From a virus (lineage: Duplodnaviria; Heunggongvirae; Uroviricota; Caudoviricetes), in IMG/VR virus record IMGVR_UViG_3300047160_006104, positions 93,865 through 113,757 of that record: a DNA stretch of 19,893 nucleotides, one strand, 5' to 3'. A program made the translations under genes and the position numbers. This document shows positions 15,631 through 19,893 of the stretch, piece by piece; position 1 is the stretch's first letter, and each line of letters begins with the position of its first letter. The notes under the pieces are model-generated. The model did not search any database and was not told the DNA's origin. It worked only from the letters and a program-made list of their open reading frames with translations.

Positions 15631-15818
15631 CCTGCCCAGTCTGCGGCGGTGTCGGCTTCGTGAAAGCTGCACCCTTGTCGGTGCCGGCCCGGTCGCGGCC
15701 GTGGGGTAAAGGCCAAGAAAGAGTGTTTGTCGGCGCCAACATGCGGCGCCGCGTCTTGTGGAACAACGCGATCACCGTGCCCTGCTGGGCGTGCGCCGGG
15801 ATGCCGGTGATCACGTGA
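15627..15818 (+). CDS. Small Zn-finger protein (63 aa, CPVCGGVG...CWAC)
   Basis: ATGA and GTGA overlaps; CxxCxGxG...CxxC. Confidence 0.65.
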   Translation: MTCPVCGGVGFVKAAPLSVPARSRPWGKGQERVFVGANMRRRVLWNNAITVPCWACAGMPVIT

Positions 15819-15991
15819 ACCGCGACGCCCGCGAATGCTTAAGGACCGCCGCGGAAATACTCACCGCGGCCACCGGCTGCCAACCGTCGCTCGCCGCGCA
15901 GATCGTGGAACTCATCGCGCTGGGCACGATCCGCTGGAACGCGGAAGAAACCCCCGAACCGCGCATTCCCGTAGTGATGGAGGACCCGTGA
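15815..15991 (+). CDS. Hypothetical protein (58 aa)
   Basis: GTGA overlaps at both ends. Confidence 0.6.
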   Translation: MNRDARECLRTAAEILTAATGCQPSLAAQIVELIALGTIRWNAEETPEPRIPVVMEDP

Positions 15992-18612
15992 GCATCCTAG
16001 CCAGGTTGGTGTCATCCGACGCGCGGATGGAACGCCGCACACTGCAGAGCAGCGCATTTGTCCCGCCCCCGCAAGTCGGCGTCATCGACGACTTCGTCGG
16101 TGTCCACCGGGCCATGGCCCATATGAGTGTGTATGCGTGTGTGCGTTTGCTGGCGGACACGATAGCGTCGCTGCCGTGGAAAGCGTATCGCCGCGACTCC
16201 AACGGTGTGCCGAAAGAGATAAACCCGCAGCCTGCGCTGCTGAGTGAGCCGTATCCCGGATTCGACGTATTCCAGTGGAAATGGATGGTTGTGGCGTCGA
16301 TGGCGCTGCGCGGAAATTCCTACCACTACATCACCAGCCGCGACAAAAACGGGATTTATCCGACCGCGCTGCTCCCTTTGCATCCCGACATTGTGTTCCT
16401 TGAACGGCGCCCCGACATTCTGATGTGGTTTGAACCGATCTACCGGATCATGGGGGAGCCGATCCCGGCCCAGGACATGATCCATATGCGGCGGTTCACC
16501 ATGCCCGGCGAACCGTGGGGATTATCACCGATTCGTCAAGCCGCGGTCGCGATCGGCATGGGCCTAGCGGCCGAAGAATACGGATACCGCTACTTCAAAG
16601 AATCCGCCAACCCGTCCGGCACCCTATCCACCGACCAAAACCTCGATGAGGGCGCCATCACCCGACTACAAAACAACTGGATCTCCAGCCAAGGCGGGCG
16701 GCGACTACCGGCGATCCTGACCAACGGGATGAAATGGGAGACACTGTCCATCAGCCCCGACGAGTCCCAGTTTCTGACGACGCGGCAGTTTCAGCGCTCC
16801 GAAATCTGCATCATGTACGGAGTGCCCCCGATCCTCATCGGAGACACTAAAGAAACAACGGCGTGGGGATGTTTGCCCAGTTCAGCCCTGGTGTTTAGTA
16901 GCTCTAACGGGCCTGTTCCGATTAGTGAAATCAATGTCGGTGACGAGGTTTGGTCATTTGATGGCAGCAAAATGGTTACAGCGAAAGTAACCGGCTGGAA
17001 GATGACTGGGTATAAACCGCTTCTGACAATCAAGACGCAAGGTCGGGAACTTCAAGTCACTGAAAACCACCGCATCCCGGTACGCCGATATTTCGGGAGG
17101 GCCGCCGGCCGCATCGGCGGTAATCCGCATCGTAAGAGCACATGCGGCTGGGAGACGATCGAGATAAGTGCTGGTGAGATTGGAAAAGGCGACTACCTCA
17201 TCGTGCCCCACGGCATGGGAGACGGCGATCAGCACACTACGCCCAACGGTCTGGATGTCAGTGTGGGAATGATGGAATTCCTCGGTCTCTACTTGGGCGA
17301 CGGGAACCGGGACCGGGGTTCTCGCGCGGACAAGGCCAGAGGGTGGGTGGGTCGGCGAGTCGAGATCGCTCATGGCCGCGACGAAGACCATATGGCTCAT
17401 TACCGCCAGCTCATCGAGCGCGAGTTCGGGGTCGTCCCCTATACCGATGATCGTGGCACCCGCACCAGATTCAGTTCGGTTAAGGCGGTCGAGTTGATCG
17501 ACGCGGGTTTCACCGGCACTGCCGCCACCAAACGTGTACCCGGCTGGGTGTTCCGATTGGCCCCGGAGCTGCAGTTGGCGCTGCTGCGCGGCTATCTCGA
17601 CGCCGACGGTTCTGTTCAACGCGGGGCCATCATCTTCTCGTCGGTCAACAAGTTACTGCTGGAAGACGTGCGTCATCTGTGTATCCAAACCGGTGTTCCG
17701 GTGGGCAAGGTCAAACTGGGCCGCAAAGGCGGCCTGATGATGATCCGTGGGAAGACCTACCGCAGCAGAGACAAGTGGGAGTTGTCGCTGTCCTCTCTTG
17801 CGCACAACGTCCGGATCGGCAGTAACAGCGTCCATAAGGCGAGTCGCCTAACCACGTTGGCCAGCAACTCCCGCAAAGGTGGCCTGCGCGAGCGGTCGCG
17901 GCGGCTGCGGTATGACGATGACTGGACCGGCGACTCCTACGGTGCCCGCAAGTCGATCGGACGCCCACCGCAGGGAACTGTCTATCACAAGGTGGTGTCG
18001 GTTGAGCGCGGCACCGTTGATGTGCCGGTGTACGACATTGAGGTGGACGGGCTGGCGCACTATGTCGCTGACGGCATCGTCGTCCACAACACCGGTGTCT
18101 CGCAGATCAATTTGGCGGCGGTGACGTATACGTTTAGGCCGTGGACGGCGTGTATTGAGTCGGTGATTTCGGGGTGTTTGCCGCGGGGGCAGTTTGTGCG
18201 GTTCGATTATTCGGCGTTGTTGCGTGGTGATTTTGCTGGGCATTTGGCTGCTTTGAAGGATGGTGTGCAGGGGTCGGTGTTCATGCCTAATGAGGCCCGC
18301 GCCGAGTTTGAGATGGACCCTGTTAAGGGCGGCGACAAACTGTATATACCGAATACGTTTGTGCCGGTTGGGTTTCCGCCGACCGCCGCGACACCGCCGG
18401 CGGGTAATGATCAGCCTGGTCATTTGCCGACGCCGCCGATCGGTGGTGGGGAGCACACCCCGGCCCCTGCGGGCGGCAAAACCGGCGGCGGCGGGAATGG
18501 TAGCCGCGCGGCGGATCCGTTTGACTGGCATGAAGCTGAACTGCGTCGTGTCTCCCTTTTGCAACGGGAAACCTCTGAGACTCTAAGAGACGGCCACGAG
18601 GAGATGACATGA
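15988..18612 (+). CDS. HK97-family portal protein precursor (874 aa; about 467 aa after intein removal)
   Basis: GGAGG RBS before GTG 15988. VYACVRLLADTIASLP, LRGNSY, GLSPI, ANPSGTL, SPDESQFLTTRQFQRSEIC..YGVPP..IG, WG/TG, F.PNEARA. Confidence 0.95.
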   Translation: MSILARLVSSDARMERRTLQSSAFVPPPQVGVIDDFVGVHRAMAHMSVYACVRLLADTIASLPWKAYRRDSNGVPKEINPQPALLSEPYPGFDVFQWKWMVVASMALRGNSYHYITSRDKNGIYPTALLPLHPDIVFLERRPDILMWFEPIYRIMGEPIPAQDMIHMRRFTMPGEPWGLSPIRQAAVAIGMGLAAEEYGYRYFKESANPSGTLSTDQNLDEGAITRLQNNWISSQGGRRLPAILTNGMKWETLSISPDESQFLTTRQFQRSEICIMYGVPPILIGDTKETTAWGCLPSSALVFSSSNGPVPISEINVGDEVWSFDGSKMVTAKVTGWKMTGYKPLLTIKTQGRELQVTENHRIPVRRYFGRAAGRIGGNPHRKSTCGWETIEISAGEIGKGDYLIVPHGMGDGDQHTTPNGLDVSVGMMEFLGLYLGDGNRDRGSRADKARGWVGRRVEIAHGRDEDHMAHYRQLIEREFGVVPYTDDRGTRTRFSSVKAVELIDAGFTGTAATKRVPGWVFRLAPELQLALLRGYLDADGSVQRGAIIFSSVNKLLLEDVRHLCIQTGVPVGKVKLGRKGGLMMIRGKTYRSRDKWELSLSSLAHNVRIGSNSVHKASRLTTLASNSRKGGLRERSRRLRYDDDWTGDSYGARKSIGRPPQGTVYHKVVSVERGTVDVPVYDIEVDGLAHYVADGIVVHNTGVSQINLAAVTYTFRPWTACIESVISGCLPRGQFVRFDYSALLRGDFAGHLAALKDGVQGSVFMPNEARAEFEMDPVKGGDKLYIPNTFVPVGFPPTAATPPAGNDQPGHLPTPPIGGGEHTPAPAGGKTGGGGNGSRAADPFDWHEAELRRVSLLQRETSETLRDGHEEMT
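16870..18090 (+). mobile_element. Intein in portal (407 aa), class 1, with LAGLIDADG endonuclease
   Basis: CLPSSALV (A), VTENH (B), FLGLYLGDG and LLRGYLDADG, VYDIEV...YVADGIVVHN/T (F/G); exteins join as ETTAWG/TGVSQ. Confidence 0.95.
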
Positions 18613-19893
18613 CCGTGACAGATACCCGCCGTGTTGATGCGTTGCGCGGTTTGTTGGATGTTCGTGAGGAGCGTCGCACCGCTGGGCGTTTGGAGGTGCG
18701 TGAAGACCTGGGTGCGGGTCTCATCGTCCTTGAGGGGTATGCGGCGACGTTTGATTCCTACGACGTGAACGGTGGTCCCAGCGCGGGTGGCTGGGTGGAG
18801 CAGCTTGGTATGCGTTGTTTTGATCAGACGTTGGCTGAGCAGCCTGATGTGATGTTGTTGATCAACCATGAGGGTTTGCCGTTGGCGCGCACCATCAGCG
18901 GCAATCTGGTGCTGCGCGCGGATCGGCATGGCTTGCTGGTTCGCGCTGAACTGGATAAAAGCGATCCTGATGTGCAGCGGATCGCCCCGAAAATGAAAAG
19001 CCGCAACGGCAAGCGGGCGATGCTTGATGAGATGTCGTTCGCTTTCCGAGTCAAAGAGCAGGATTGGGATACGTCGTATTCGCATCGCACCATCAACCGG
19101 TTGTCGTTGGAAAAAGGGGATGTCTCTATCGTGAATTACGGTATGAACCCGGGCACCCGGGCGCAGTTGTCCGCGGACGCTATCGGCGCGCTGGCCAGCT
19201 TGTCCCGCAATGAGATGGCTGAGCTGCGTAAACTGGACCCGAAGCAGGTGCGCCGCGCGGTCAGCGCGCTGGTGTCGGTGGTGGACGGGCGTCCGGTGGG
19301 CAACGTTGTGTGGCGTGCTGATGACGGCGACTCGAAGAAACCTTACGGCGATGTGCCTTACGCGGATCCTGGTTACAAGGACGGGAAGAAGCGTTATCCG
19401 ATCGACGCGAAACATGTTCAAGCGGCGTGGGCCTACATTAATCAGCCGAAAAATCAGAAAGGTTATACCGCTGAGCAGTTGGCGGCGATCAAGGGTCGGA
19501 TTAGGGCGGCGATGAAGAAGCACGGGCACGACGTGTCGGAGGACTCTAAGTCCGCGGCCGGGATCGACCATATCGACACGGTGGTCCGCGCGGACGGGAA
19601 CACCGATCTGGTGGCGGTGTTGACTAACGGGAATCGGGTGGTGTTGCCGTCGATGCGGGACATGCCGGCGCCGGATGCGAATAAACCGCCGGCGTTCTCA
19701 AGCAAGGTTTACGACTGGCATCCGGGTGGGGTGTCTGATGACCCGCACGATGAAGGTTTCGTGGAAGGCATGGTCGGCGCGGTGGGTGTCGGCCCGGTCG
19801 CCGAGAACATTGAGGGCGGCTCCGGCTCGTTTGACGGCACCCCGCAAGGTGACTGCGATCCCGACGAGGAAGCCGAAGACCCCCACGACGACG
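18609..19893 (+). CDS. HK97-type capsid maturation (prohead) protease with DUF6582-like domain; 3'-partial
   Basis: Not in the ORF track (no stop in window); ATGA overlap with the portal stop and open frame to the window end. LEGYAATFD, LLINHEGLPLART (catalytic His), MSFAFRV (catalytic Ser), GDVSIVNYG.NP.T, then PYGDVPYADPGY...RYPID..HV.AAW.YINQ at 19335-19526. Confidence 0.92.
   Translation, partial: MTVTDTRRVDALRGLLDVREERRTAGRLEVREDLGAGLIVLEGYAATFDSYDVNGGPSAGGWVEQLGMRCFDQTLAEQPDVMLLINHEGLPLARTISGNLVLRADRHGLLVRAELDKSDPDVQRIAPKMKSRNGKRAMLDEMSFAFRVKEQDWDTSYSHRTINRLSLEKGDVSIVNYGMNPGTRAQLSADAIGALASLSRNEMAELRKLDPKQVRRAVSALVSVVDGRPVGNVVWRADDGDSKKPYGDVPYADPGYKDGKKRYPIDAKHVQAAWAYINQPKNQKGYTAEQLAAIKGRIRAAMKKHGHDVSEDSKSAAGIDHIDTVVRADGNTDLVAVLTNGNRVVLPSMRDMPAPDANKPPAFSSKVYDWHPGGVSDDPHDEGFVEGMVGAVGVGPVAENIEGGSGSFDGTPQGDCDPDEEAEDPHDD

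Larger units (their letters stand above)
1..19893. mobile_element. Tailed actinobacteriophage genome or prophage segment
   Basis: terS-terL-portal-prohead protease in canonical order with ATGA/GTGA overlaps, high GC, many tightly packed small ORFs, and no host housekeeping genes in the window. Confidence 0.92.

Noticed and set aside
1-19893. tRNA or rRNA genes
   Set aside because: No cloverleaf or T-loop/D-loop signatures were recognised by eye; a tRNAscan/Aragorn run would be needed to exclude them formally.

Overview
GC-rich actinobacteriophage (mycobacteriophage-like, HK97-type head module) genome or prophage segment. 1-2431: a lower-GC module with a 5'-truncated amidoligase (COOH-NH2 ligase type 2), a class II glutamine amidotransferase, a 111-bp direct repeat whose 48-bp spacer is an exact copy of part of the amidotransferase gene (creating two twin membrane micropeptides), and a strong terminator. 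2432-3140: non-coding and highly structured, with nested dyad symmetry and a 35-bp-period palindrome array, possibly a packaging terminus or origin. 3349-4416: two excisionase-like HTH genes and a tyrosine-integrase remnant joined tail-to-tail to a truncated leftward gene. 4413-7192: small hypothetical, Zn-binding and membrane genes. 7189-9697: a reverse-oriented tail-fibre-like gene and a polysaccharide-lyase/ConA-fold gene. 10493-11855: two glycosyltransferases. 11923-19893: probable terS, terL with a 353-aa LAGLIDADG intein, a portal with a 407-aa LAGLIDADG intein, and a 3'-truncated HK97-type prohead protease. All family assignments come from motifs recognised by eye, with no database search.
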